Shown here in pieces: positions 24,683-32,000 of a stretch of 32,000 nucleotides of DNA (its first letter is position 1; the number at the start of each line of letters is the position of its first letter). This stretch comes from Ktedonobacterales bacterium (GTDB lineage Bacteria > Chloroflexota > Ktedonobacteria > Ktedonobacterales > JADMIN01): positions 4,980,001-5,012,000 of the forward strand of contig CP126532.1 of assembly GCA_030167145.1 (NCBI GenBank). Reading direction: 5' to 3'. The notes under the pieces are model-generated. The model saw nothing but the letters and a program-made list of their open reading frames with translations. It was not told the DNA's origin and ran no database searches. A program made the translations under genes and the position numbers.

Positions 24683-25111
24683 TTACGCGGAAAATTCGTT
24701 GAGCATTCCCTGCTCCACTAGCCACCGTGTGAAACGCAACCGGCGCAATGTTGCTTCGGCCTCTTGCGCCTCATGCGATGTCGCCATACGCTCCGAAACC
24801 GTGAGCAGCCGCTCTGCCTCGTCTTCGGTGAACCCTTGCGCCACCAGCGCAGACATCTCGTCCGTCTGTGGCTCACTCACCTGTGCACCACGTTCTGGCA
24901 GCCGCAGCACCGTCTCGCCTTCGCGCCGGACCGCGCCGCCGCGCGATTTCGCGGTGCGCCGCGTTCGCCGCCGCTCGGTCAACTCGTCCGTCTCGCCTTC
25001 TGCGCTATCTTCGGGTTGCTGCTTGCTCGCATCGGTCTCGCCCGCGCGCAATTCATCCTGGTCCTGCGCATCCTGGCGATTTCGATCCCGGTCGTCATAG
25101 TCATTGTTCAT
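24683..25111 (-). CDS. Hypothetical charged protein (acidic N-terminus, basic centre, conserved-looking C-terminal helix region)
   Basis: The start is chosen at MNNDYDD (ATG 25111) with a GGAGGT SD 7 nt upstream, giving 142 aa. The C-terminus reads GFTEDEAERLL...TLRRLRFTRWLVEQGMLNEF. I did not recognise a family. Confidence 0.6.
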   Translation of the reverse strand: MNNDYDDRDRNRQDAQDQDELRAGETDASKQQPEDSAEGETDELTERRRTRRTAKSRGGAVRREGETVLRLPERGAQVSEPQTDEMSALVAQGFTEDEAERLLTVSERMATSHEAQEAEATLRRLRFTRWLVEQGMLNEFSA

Positions 25112-25325
25112 AAGGATACCTCCGGGCGGGCCTGCGACCCGCGTCGTAACGACGCATCGTTGCGCGTTCCGGCCTCTATGCCCTGCACTCACTACTACGA
25201 TTGTACCACCCGGTGTGTTGGAAAGTTGAAACTCTGTTCAGATTTCGCTCTTGCCTGTGCTACGATACCGCTGGTATCTCCTCATAAGAGTTCTTTTTGT
25301 ATGGACAGAACGGGGTAATCCACCC

Positions 25326-25568
25326 ATGGCTACCATAATCTTGTACAGCAAGTCCGGCTGTCACCTCTGCGACCTCGCCCGCACCTATCTAGAAGACGCC
25401 CTCGCGGGCAGCGAAGTTCCTCTAGACGAGATAGATATCCGTCGCGACCCCGACCTGTTCGAGCGCTATCGCTACCGCATCCCCGTCATCACCGTCAATG
25501 GCGTCGAACGACTGGAAGGGCGCATCGAAGCCGCCGACATCAATGCTTTAGTGGCATCGCTGGCTTGA
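25326..25568 (+). CDS. Glutaredoxin-like small thioredoxin-fold protein (DUF836-type)
   Basis: 80 aa: MATIILYSKSGCHLCDLA (CxxC) ... RYRIPVITVNG. Confidence 0.8.
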   Translation: MATIILYSKSGCHLCDLARTYLEDALAGSEVPLDEIDIRRDPDLFERYRYRIPVITVNGVERLEGRIEAADINALVASLA

Positions 25569-25698
25569 AACGTCATCTCACCTCGCCTCATAATCTTCCA
25601 GTCATACCATTTGGTGCATCAGATAAAAGGGGCTTTAGCCCAGCGTTCCGTGCGTCGGCTTATGAACAGCCGCGCGAGAATAGATAGAGTGCTATGCT

Positions 25699-27159
25699 AT
25701 GGCATTTCAAGATTTGCGCGAGTTCATTACCTTCATCGAGAAGCGCGGACAGTTGCGGCGCATCAGCGCGCCCGTCTCAGCGGATCTGGAAATCACCGAA
25801 ATCACCGACCGCGTCAGCAAGGCTGGTGGTCCGGCTCTGCTCTTTGAGAATGTGCGCGGCTACGCTATGCCTGTCGTCATCAACCTCTTCGGCAGCGAGG
25901 AACGCATGGCATGGGCGCTCGGAGTCCAGAATCTTGACGAGCTAGGCGCGCGCATCCAAAAATGGCTCGACATCGTGCAGAATCGCCCACCTGAGGGACT
26001 GATCGAAAAGGCCAAACTACTGCCCGAACTCGCCGAACTGGCCCGCATCTTCCCACATACCGTCAGCCATGCTCCCTGCCAGGAAGTCGTCATCACTGAC
26101 AAACCGGACATCACCACCCTACCAATCTTGCAGTGCTGGCCGCAAGACGCTGGCAAATACCTTACGCTGACCATGTGCCACTCCAAAGACCCCAACACCG
26201 GTAAGCGCAACATTGGCATGTATCGCGTCCAGGTGCGCGACGGCCAGACAGTAGGCATGCACTGGCAGATTCACAAGGGCGGTGCAGCCCACTTCCGCGA
26301 TGCCCAGGTCCGCGCGAAGCAACGCATGGAGGTTGCCGTCGTCATCGGTGCGGACCCTGCCAGTGTCTATTCCGCCAGCGCTCCCCTGCCACCTGGTGTG
26401 GACGAACTGCTCTTCGCTGGCTTCCTGCGGCGCAAAGCCGTCGAGGTGGTGCAGTGCAAAACGGTGGACGTGAAAGTGCCTGCCCACGCGGAGATTGTCA
26501 TCGAAGGCTACGTGGATACCGACGAATTGCTCCCCGAAGGTCCTTTCGGCGATCACACCGGCTACTACACCCCTGTCGAGCCATATCCCGTGATGCACAT
26601 CACTGCCGTCACTCACCGCCGCAACCCCATCTACGCGACGACCATCGTTGGCAAGCCGCCAATGGAAGACGCCTACCTCGGCAAGGCAACTGAGCGTTTC
26701 TTCCTGCACCTGCTCCGCGTCGTGTTACCTGAAATCGTAGACATGAATATGCCCATCGAAGGTGGCTTTCACAATGTCGTCATCGTCTCCATTCGCAAAC
26801 GGTATCCGGGGCAGGCAAAGAAGGTGATGGCGGGCATTTGGGGTATGATGCTGATGATGCTCTCCAAATTCATCATCGTCGTGGATGAGCATGTCAACGT
26901 CCAGAATCTGCGCGACGTGCTCTTCTACGTTGGCAATAACGTAGATCCCAAGCGCGATACCCTACTGGTAGATGGACCTGTGGACGCGCTGGATCATTCT
27001 TCGCCCTACGAAAAATACGGCTGGAAGATGGGCCTCGACGCAACCGCGAAGCTGCCAGAAGAGGGCCACCCGCGCCCCTGGCCGGATGAGATCGTCATGT
27101 CTCCTGAGATTAAGGAACTGGTTACCAAGCGATGGGCGGAATACGGAATCCAGATGTAG
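25699..27159 (+). CDS. ubiD: UbiD-family prenyl-FMN-dependent decarboxylase (menaquinone/ubiquinone biosynthesis type)
   Basis: 486 aa with an N-terminal MAFQDLREFITFIEKRGQLRRI...GGPALLFENVRG and the motifs NIGMYRVQV and GPFGDHTGYY. The assignment is at family level only. Confidence 0.92.
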   Translation: MAFQDLREFITFIEKRGQLRRISAPVSADLEITEITDRVSKAGGPALLFENVRGYAMPVVINLFGSEERMAWALGVQNLDELGARIQKWLDIVQNRPPEGLIEKAKLLPELAELARIFPHTVSHAPCQEVVITDKPDITTLPILQCWPQDAGKYLTLTMCHSKDPNTGKRNIGMYRVQVRDGQTVGMHWQIHKGGAAHFRDAQVRAKQRMEVAVVIGADPASVYSASAPLPPGVDELLFAGFLRRKAVEVVQCKTVDVKVPAHAEIVIEGYVDTDELLPEGPFGDHTGYYTPVEPYPVMHITAVTHRRNPIYATTIVGKPPMEDAYLGKATERFFLHLLRVVLPEIVDMNMPIEGGFHNVVIVSIRKRYPGQAKKVMAGIWGMMLMMLSKFIIVVDEHVNVQNLRDVLFYVGNNVDPKRDTLLVDGPVDALDHSSPYEKYGWKMGLDATAKLPEEGHPRPWPDEIVMSPEIKELVTKRWAEYGIQM

Positions 27160-28445
27160 ACAAACGTACAGGCAAACGCGCGGCCATAACGCGAAACGAC
27201 TCCTCCTCTCACATCGCAGAAGCAGCACGCAGCGTTCGTAGGGGTGGGCAGCGTGCGCCCGTCAGCGACGATGTAGGAGCGGAGCGGACTGAGAGTGTAG
27301 CAGAGGGGCCAGCAAAGGGGTCTTCGACTTCCATACGCCGCGACACCTGGTTCGGCCTTGGCATGCTGGCGCTTGGCGTCATTACGGTCTTTATCCTGTC
27401 GCATGGCGGATCCTCGTTTGGCTCATCCAATCGTAACGCCGCAATCACCCGGCCTATCGCCACTGCTACCCAGTCTGGCTCATCCGCAGCTCAGCCGCGC
27501 ATCATTGCCGCCCAGGAGCGCGTCTATTCGCTGCCGCAACCCGCCGCAGGATTGATGCAACCCGCCGTGGACGCTCAGGGCAATGTGTGGGTTGGCATGA
27601 TGCAAACCAATCAGCTTGCCCGCCTCGACTCGAAGACCGGAGCCGTCACCACCTGGACACCGCCCAATGGCAAGTTCGGCATCATGGCAACGGCGGTGGA
27701 TGCGCAGGGTCGTGTCTGGTTCACCGAGCAAAACGCGAACTACATCGGGCGCTTCGACCCCGCAACCCAGCAGTTCACCACCTACCCACTCGAGGCTGTC
27801 AACGGACATGCTTCCGCACCGCAAGATCTCATCTTTGACAAAGCGGGGATGCTCTGGTTCACCGAAATCGGCGCGACGAAAATCGGACGCCTCGACCCCA
27901 CCACTGGCGCCATCATCACCTGGGACGCTCCAAAGCCAAAATCCGCCTCGTCCGCATGGCTTTTCAGCCTCACCACTCTCCCCGATGGCTCAGTCTGGTT
28001 CGGCTATCTCGGTGGCGCGCTTGGCCGCCTTGATCCCATCACCGGTGCCACACAACTCTACGCTACGGGCGACGCCAACGCCCAACTCTACGCTATGGCT
28101 GGCGACGCGCAAGGCCGAATCTGGTTCACCGAACTGAGCCAGGGCAAGCTTGGTATGCTTGATCCCGCCACCGGCAAAGTCACGGAAATTCGGGTTCCCA
28201 CCACCACCAGCGCTCCCGCCTCCGGCCTCTACGACATCGTCACCACCCGCGATGGCTCCGTCTGGTTTGCTGATGCCTCCGCCAATGCGCTGGTGCGCTA
28301 TACTCCGCAGAACGGCCAGTTCAGCTTCTATCAACTTGCTGAGCCATCCAGCATTCCCTTCGGCCTCGCCCTCGACACCACTGGCGCTCTCTGGTTCACC
28401 GCCGATAGCAACCCCAACAACTACATCGGCGTGATCCGACCGTAA
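27132..28445 (+). CDS. Membrane-anchored seven-bladed beta-propeller protein of the Vgb (streptogramin-lyase-like) repeat family
   Basis: There are seven repeats of the type G-x-[VIL]-W-F-[TA]-E...[IL]-G-R-[LF]-D-P-x-T-G, e.g. GRVWFTEQNANYIGRFDPATQQF and GMLWFTEIGATKIGRLDPTTGAI. A single TM helix is WFGLGMLALGVITVFILS. The ATG at 27132 overlaps the ubiD end by 28 nt; the only in-frame alternative, ATG 27363, would truncate the TM helix. Confidence 0.78.
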   Translation: MGGIRNPDVDKRTGKRAAITRNDSSSHIAEAARSVRRGGQRAPVSDDVGAERTESVAEGPAKGSSTSIRRDTWFGLGMLALGVITVFILSHGGSSFGSSNRNAAITRPIATATQSGSSAAQPRIIAAQERVYSLPQPAAGLMQPAVDAQGNVWVGMMQTNQLARLDSKTGAVTTWTPPNGKFGIMATAVDAQGRVWFTEQNANYIGRFDPATQQFTTYPLEAVNGHASAPQDLIFDKAGMLWFTEIGATKIGRLDPTTGAIITWDAPKPKSASSAWLFSLTTLPDGSVWFGYLGGALGRLDPITGATQLYATGDANAQLYAMAGDAQGRIWFTELSQGKLGMLDPATGKVTEIRVPTTTSAPASGLYDIVTTRDGSVWFADASANALVRYTPQNGQFSFYQLAEPSSIPFGLALDTTGALWFTADSNPNNYIGVIRP

Positions 28446-28667
28446 TCTGCCACCACCGCAGCCGTGTAGCGCCGCCATCTCACCAGCTCGTGCCTACCTG
28501 CCCTCAGCTAATAGCCGTCTCTACTGCTCCCCGCTCCCAGTTCTCTTCTATCTTCGTGGCCCCAACTGACCGTATTCGACCGCACCACATCCCCGTATCC
28601 TCGTGCCACGCATGCTACACTATCCACAATTGCCTATCTTCCGGCGTAAGGAGCACGCCCCCCATGA

Positions 28668-29231
28668 AACATCGGCCACATCGGCCACAGGTAGGGCAGA
28701 CATTCTTGTCTGCCACAATGCGAAATTCTGCCACAACGCGAAATCGGCGGCATCGGCAACTCAAATGTTTGGCCACTTTGGCAACCCCGCTCGCTTCGGG
28801 GTTACACATGGCATTCATGCTGGGAACTCGCTTTACCACCCAGCCTACCCTTTTCGCCCAATCGGCCACTCCGGCCACTCCGGCCACTGCCACACATGTG
28901 AAATTGCGGCGAAAACGGCGAAAATTACTCCGCCATCTCCAGTCATGTCCCGTCATTCATCCCCACACCACCGCGAAAATCGGCCACATCGGCCACTACC
29001 CCTCCGCAAAATCGGCAGAATCGGCAACTCACCTTCGCGGCGAAAAGGGCGAAATCTATGCGCTGCATATTCGGCCACATCGGCCACTGCTCATCATGTG
29101 CGCGACACGAGACTGCGGCGAAAACGGCGAAAATTCTCCCTCCATCTCCACCCGTTTCCTGCCATTCGCCCCCACCCAAACGCAGGAATCGGCCACATCG
29201 GCCATTCCGGCCATTCCGGCCATTCATGGCC
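28668..29231. repeat. Composite non-coding repeat locus: 9-bp doublets/triplets (ATCGGCCAC-type) embedded in ~210-bp higher-order repeats
   Basis: ATCGGCCAC-ATCGGCCAC occurs at 28671, 28979, 29070 (first copy TTCGGCCAC) and 29188. TCCGGCCAC x2 is at 28870 and TCCGGCCAT x2 at 29206. An identical 22-mer TGCGGCGAAAACGGCGAAAATT occurs at 28905-28926 and 29114-29135 (209 bp apart). ATCGGC[GA]G[CA]ATCGGCAACTCA occurs at 28743 and 29011. Confidence 0.85.
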
Positions 29232-29244
29232 GAGATCGCTACCA

Positions 29245-29286
29245 CAAAAAGACGAGTCCACCACACGCTCTGCGGGCGGACTCGTC
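29245..29286 (-). terminator. Rho-independent terminator of the YtxH-like gene
   Basis: On the - strand GACGAGTCC-(18 nt)-GGACTCGTC is a 9-bp perfect stem (29251-29259 / 29278-29286) followed by TTTTTGTGG (complement of 29242-29250). It starts 26 nt after the stop at 29312. Confidence 0.6.
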
Positions 29287-29311
29287 CCTGGGAGGCAAAA
29301 TGTTTCAGCGC

Positions 29312-29716
29312 CTAGGCATTCGTCGAAGAACGCATCTGATCGGCGGCCCGGTCGGTCAACTGCTGCGCCTTGTCGGCAGTGGTATTTGTCGCCCGCTGTG
29401 CCTTCTCGGCGGCCGTATCCGCCGCCTGCTGAGTCTTGTCAGCGGCGCTGCTCGTTGTCTGGCGCGCCTTGCTCACCGCCGCATCGGTCGCTCGCTGCGC
29501 CTGGCTGATACCGCTATTCAGTGCCTTCCGGCCCGATTCAATAGCGTTCGAAACACTCGGCGGCAGGTTGTTCATTCGCTCCTGCGCCTTGCCCTGCCAC
29601 TCATTCAACCGCTCTTGCAGTTGCGCTCGTGTCACCTCGCCCCGCTGCGGAGCAAACAGCAAACCCAGCACCGCGCCAATCGCGGAACCCCATATGAAAG
29701 CACGAATCGTCTTCAT
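29312..29716 (-). CDS. YtxH-domain protein (general-stress-type, N-terminal anchor plus Ala/Gln/Thr-rich repeats)
   Basis: The start is chosen at MKTIRAF (ATG 29716) with an AGGAGG SD ~9 nt upstream, giving 134 aa. FIWGSAIGAVLGLLFAPQRGEVTR is the YtxH signature. The C-terminus has reiterated ADKTQQAADTAAEKAQRATNTTADKAQQLTDRAADQ. Confidence 0.8.
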   Translation of the reverse strand: MKTIRAFIWGSAIGAVLGLLFAPQRGEVTRAQLQERLNEWQGKAQERMNNLPPSVSNAIESGRKALNSGISQAQRATDAAVSKARQTTSSAADKTQQAADTAAEKAQRATNTTADKAQQLTDRAADQMRSSTNA

Positions 29717-29921
29717 CGCGTTGCCATCCTCCTGGACCTGTCTATGCACAACATCTTCAGCCAGACAAACGCCGGTGAACCATATGTTTCCCGGCGTATC
29801 CTATCGGAGCAATCTTCATGCCAGCGAAATCTATCGCCGCACGCTCTCCGCGCCGCAACATCTGACGCAACCGTGGCCGTATCCTTTCGTACTACGCTTC
29901 GGGGAAAGAGGAGGTTCTAGC

Positions 29922-30014
29922 TTGACCCATGCCATGCAGGTGAAAACGCCACATACCATCAGAAAAGTGCATGATCTGTTCGACAGGGGGAAAGATGACT
30001 TTTCGCACTGGTGA
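29922..30014 (+). CDS. Candidate small ORF (30 aa from TTG, or 26 aa from ATG 29934)
   Basis: GGAAAGAGGAGGT lies 7 nt upstream of TTG 29922. The peptide is (M)THAMQVKTPHTIRKVHDLFDRGKDDFSHW. It sits in a 548-bp gap between divergent genes. There is no other support. Confidence 0.25.
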   Translation: MTHAMQVKTPHTIRKVHDLFDRGKDDFSHW

Positions 30015-30264
30015 TTGCGGTCTCACGTCTCCTATCATATGCGGTGGCATGCCTCGTGACAGCGCCGTCTGATGGCGGTTCACCGCGCCAACTTGGAGCA
30101 ATGACGCTCTTTGAGCCTTCGGGGGCTGGTCCATACATCGTGAAATTGCAACAGTTTTGTCATATCGTGCCCACATTTCAACGGCACACTGTTGCTCAGC
30201 GACACCACAGCACGCAGGTCTGCAGCGTGTCGCGCGTAGTCTGAGAAAGGGCGAATGTACCAGG

Positions 30265-31044
30265 ATGGATACGACCAATGACACCGTGAATGCACCCTCT
30301 GGAGCCAATACCACGCCGCGAGTATCCGCGCTCGAAGCGATTGCTGTCTACAAATCGCTACCGCTGGGCCGCGAGCGCATTGACATCCTCAAAGGGGTCA
30401 GTCTGCGCATCCAGCACGGCGAACTCGTCGCGATCATCGGCCCCTCCGGCTCCGGCAAATCGACGCTGCTGGGCATCATCGCCGGCCTCGACCGCCCCAC
30501 CCAAGGCCAGGTGCTGGTGGATGGGGTGGACATCACCCGCGCCAGCGAAGGCCAGCTCGCCAGCATCCGCAACCAGAAGATCGGCATGGTCTTCCAAGCC
30601 TTCAACCTCATCCCCACCCTCACCGCCCAGGAGAACGTCGAGGTGCCGCTCTACGTCGGCAAGCATCCTGGCAGTCCCGCCAGCCGCGCCCAGGAGTTGC
30701 TGACCCTGGTGGGCTTGGGGCACCGGCTGGGCAACAAGCCCAACCAGCTTTCCGGCGGTGAGCAGCAGCGGGTGGCGGTGGCGCGTGCCCTGGCCACCAA
30801 CCCGGCGATCATCATCATGGATGAGCCGACCGGCAACCTGGACCGGGCGAACAGTGAGAATGTGCTGCGCATGGTGCGGGATCTGCGCGCCTCGACAGGC
30901 ACGACCTTCATCATCGCCACCCATGATCCCACCGTCGCCGCCACCTGTGACCGCGCCATCACCATCGTGGATGGCCTCATCGCGGGCGATGCAAGCACGG
31001 CCAGTGGCGCCACCTCCATCGCTGAACCAGCGGGCGAGGCCTAG
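30265..31044 (+). CDS. ABC transporter ATP-binding protein (MacB/LolD-type)
   Basis: Motifs are Walker A GPSGSGKST, the Q-loop, the signature LSGGEQQRVAVARAL and Walker B IIIMDEPTGNLD. The start is chosen at ATG 30265 (MDTTNDT...); the tracked ORF start at 30157 is less likely. Confidence 0.92.
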   Translation: MDTTNDTVNAPSGANTTPRVSALEAIAVYKSLPLGRERIDILKGVSLRIQHGELVAIIGPSGSGKSTLLGIIAGLDRPTQGQVLVDGVDITRASEGQLASIRNQKIGMVFQAFNLIPTLTAQENVEVPLYVGKHPGSPASRAQELLTLVGLGHRLGNKPNQLSGGEQQRVAVARALATNPAIIIMDEPTGNLDRANSENVLRMVRDLRASTGTTFIIATHDPTVAATCDRAITIVDGLIAGDASTASGATSIAEPAGEA

Positions 31045-31067
31045 AAGCGCATGGGAGAAGTAGCGAT

Positions 31068-32000
31068 ATGAAACGAATTGGCATGTACTGGGCCTACACC
31101 ACGCGCTCGCTGGTGCGTGGCGGGCAGCGCACGCTGCTGGCCATATTCTGCGTCGCCGTCGGTGTCCTCGCCATAGTCGCACTCCAGTTGGTTGGCAACA
31201 TGGTGAACTCCGCGCTCACCACCAACGTCCAAGCTGGCAACGGCGGCGACCTCTCCATCCGCAGCGACGTGAACCCACTGACCCAACAGCAGATCGCCGT
31301 GTTCGACCAGTTCAAATCTCAAGGGCTAATCACCAATTACACCGCGATGGCCACCACCAGCGGACAAACCGTTGATAATGCCGGTGATACCCAATTTTAC
31401 AATGTTCGCGCGGTGAATCCCACGAACTTCCCCATTGCTGGTGAACCTGCATTCATCACCCCCAGCGATGGCTCACTTGCCTCGCTGCTCAACGGCAGCA
31501 CCGTTGTCATCACCGATGACCTCCGCAAACAGCTTGGCGTGCAGGTTGGCGATAGCGTCAGCGTCGCCACGAACGATGGGCGCACGCTCAACGTCACTAT
31601 CGGTGGGATCATCGCCAACACCGGCTTCTTCAACTTTCCGCAGATGCTCATCTCGCTGGATGGCTACGCCTCGTTCCCCAGCAGCGCGGGCCTCCCCGTG
31701 ACCTATAGCGCCGTCTTCGCCAACGTCCCTGGTCACACCGACGCCAATGCTGCTCAGGCCAAGAAAGAGATTCAGCAGGCGTTGCCGCTGACCAATATCA
31801 CCACCACCAAAGACGCCTTGCAGCAAAACCAGGATAGCGTGCAGCAGATCCGTTACTTCCTACAAATCGTCGGCCTGCTGGCACTACTGATCGGCGGCGT
31901 TGGCATTATCAACACCATGCAGGTGTTGCTACGTCGCCGTCGCACTGAGATCGCCATGCTCAAGACGGCTGGCTATCGCCGCGGCGACCTCTACGCGCTC
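31068..32000 (+). CDS. ABC transporter permease, FtsX/MacB-type (5' partial, runs off the window)
   Basis: An open frame runs from ATG 31068 (GGGAGA upstream) to the window end, 311 codons. It begins MKRIGMYWAYTTRSLVRGGQRTLLAIFCVAVGVLAIVAL (TM1), followed by a large extracytoplasmic domain and then QIRYFLQIVGLLALLIGGVGIINTM...RRRRTEIAMLKTAGY, which is typical of FtsX-domain permeases. It is not in the ORF track because there is no stop inside the window. Confidence 0.85.
   Translation, partial: MKRIGMYWAYTTRSLVRGGQRTLLAIFCVAVGVLAIVALQLVGNMVNSALTTNVQAGNGGDLSIRSDVNPLTQQQIAVFDQFKSQGLITNYTAMATTSGQTVDNAGDTQFYNVRAVNPTNFPIAGEPAFITPSDGSLASLLNGSTVVITDDLRKQLGVQVGDSVSVATNDGRTLNVTIGGIIANTGFFNFPQMLISLDGYASFPSSAGLPVTYSAVFANVPGHTDANAAQAKKEIQQALPLTNITTTKDALQQNQDSVQQIRYFLQIVGLLALLIGGVGIINTMQVLLRRRRTEIAMLKTAGYRRGDLYAL

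Noticed and set aside
25685-25701. Possible leaderless ubiD transcript, with TAGAGT or TATGCT -10-like hexamers directly abutting the ATG at 25699.
   Set aside because: The spacing between either hexamer and the ATG does not fit cleanly: one would put the TSS after the ATG, and the other is a weak match. This cannot be decided without TSS data.
28617-28629. DnaA-box-like CTATCCACA next to the repeat locus, raising the idea of a replication origin with iterons.
   Set aside because: There is a single imperfect box, no cluster of boxes, no AT-rich unwinding element, and no dnaA, dnaN or rep gene nearby. The origin idea is retained only as a check suggested under the repeat-locus finding.
28490-29920. 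476-aa and 301-aa ORFs (28490-29920 and 28603-29508, + strand) spanning the composite repeat locus.
   Set aside because: The translations are low-complexity and rich in His/Arg/Pro/Ser. They overlap each other in different frames and run antisense through the well-supported YtxH gene and its terminator. The underlying DNA repeats have periods (9, 22, ~209 bp) that are not maintained as a reading-frame-consistent protein repeat.

Overview
This is a high-GC bacterial chromosomal window. GGAGG-type ribosome-binding sites and the domain repertoire (ImuB-C/DUF6504-like, YtxH, Vgb-like propeller, UbiD, small Cys-rich ribbon protein) suggest a Chloroflexota/Ktedonobacteria-like or other high-GC terrabacterial genome; that assignment is inference only. 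All coordinates were counted by hand and no searches were run. I support about 26 protein-coding genes, mostly unrelated housekeeping or accessory functions. They include a MarR-GNAT fusion, a 989-aa membrane protein with an alpha/beta-hydrolase-like head, a SAM methyltransferase, a geranylgeranyl-reductase-like flavoprotein, an ArsR-HTH/PAS histidine kinase, a GTPase with a DUF697-like tail, CrcB, a GNAT, a trans-sulfuration PLP enzyme, a PlcN/AcpA-type phosphoesterase lipoprotein and a DapB-like protein. They also include PepF, Mpg, an ECF sigma with a Cys-rich C-terminal domain, an MFS transporter, a TPR protein, a glutaredoxin-like protein, UbiD, a Vgb-like propeller, YtxH and a MacB-type ABC ATPase with its FtsX permease. 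I found no rRNA, tRNA, CRISPR array or canonical defence genes. Five things stand out. (1) An IS630-family element (7079-8460) can be delimited by its inverted repeats and TA duplication. It carries 23 perfect copies of a 17-bp unit between its left end and the transposase ATG, and its transposase is split at an A7 run. (2) The intergenic DNA at 1.25-2.5, 5.6-6.0 and 6.8 kb is packed with many different short (8-13 bp) perfect tandem arrays that are C-rich on the + strand, one of which is a textbook G-quadruplex motif on the - strand. (3) A perfect GAAC-N4-GTTC (LexA/Cheo-type) palindrome abuts a TTGACA-18-CATAAC promoter upstream of a small ImuB-C-terminal-like gene. (4) An ~830-bp non-coding stretch (28.45-29.3 kb) includes a ~560-bp block (28668-29231) built from nested 9-bp doublets and ~210-bp higher-order repeats. 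(5) There are several unusual domain fusions (HTH-PAS-HK, ECF sigma with four CxxC pairs, membrane-interrupted hydrolase). I cannot point to a clear multi-gene novel system; the repeat-loaded IS leader and the composite repeat locus are my best candidates for undescribed biology.
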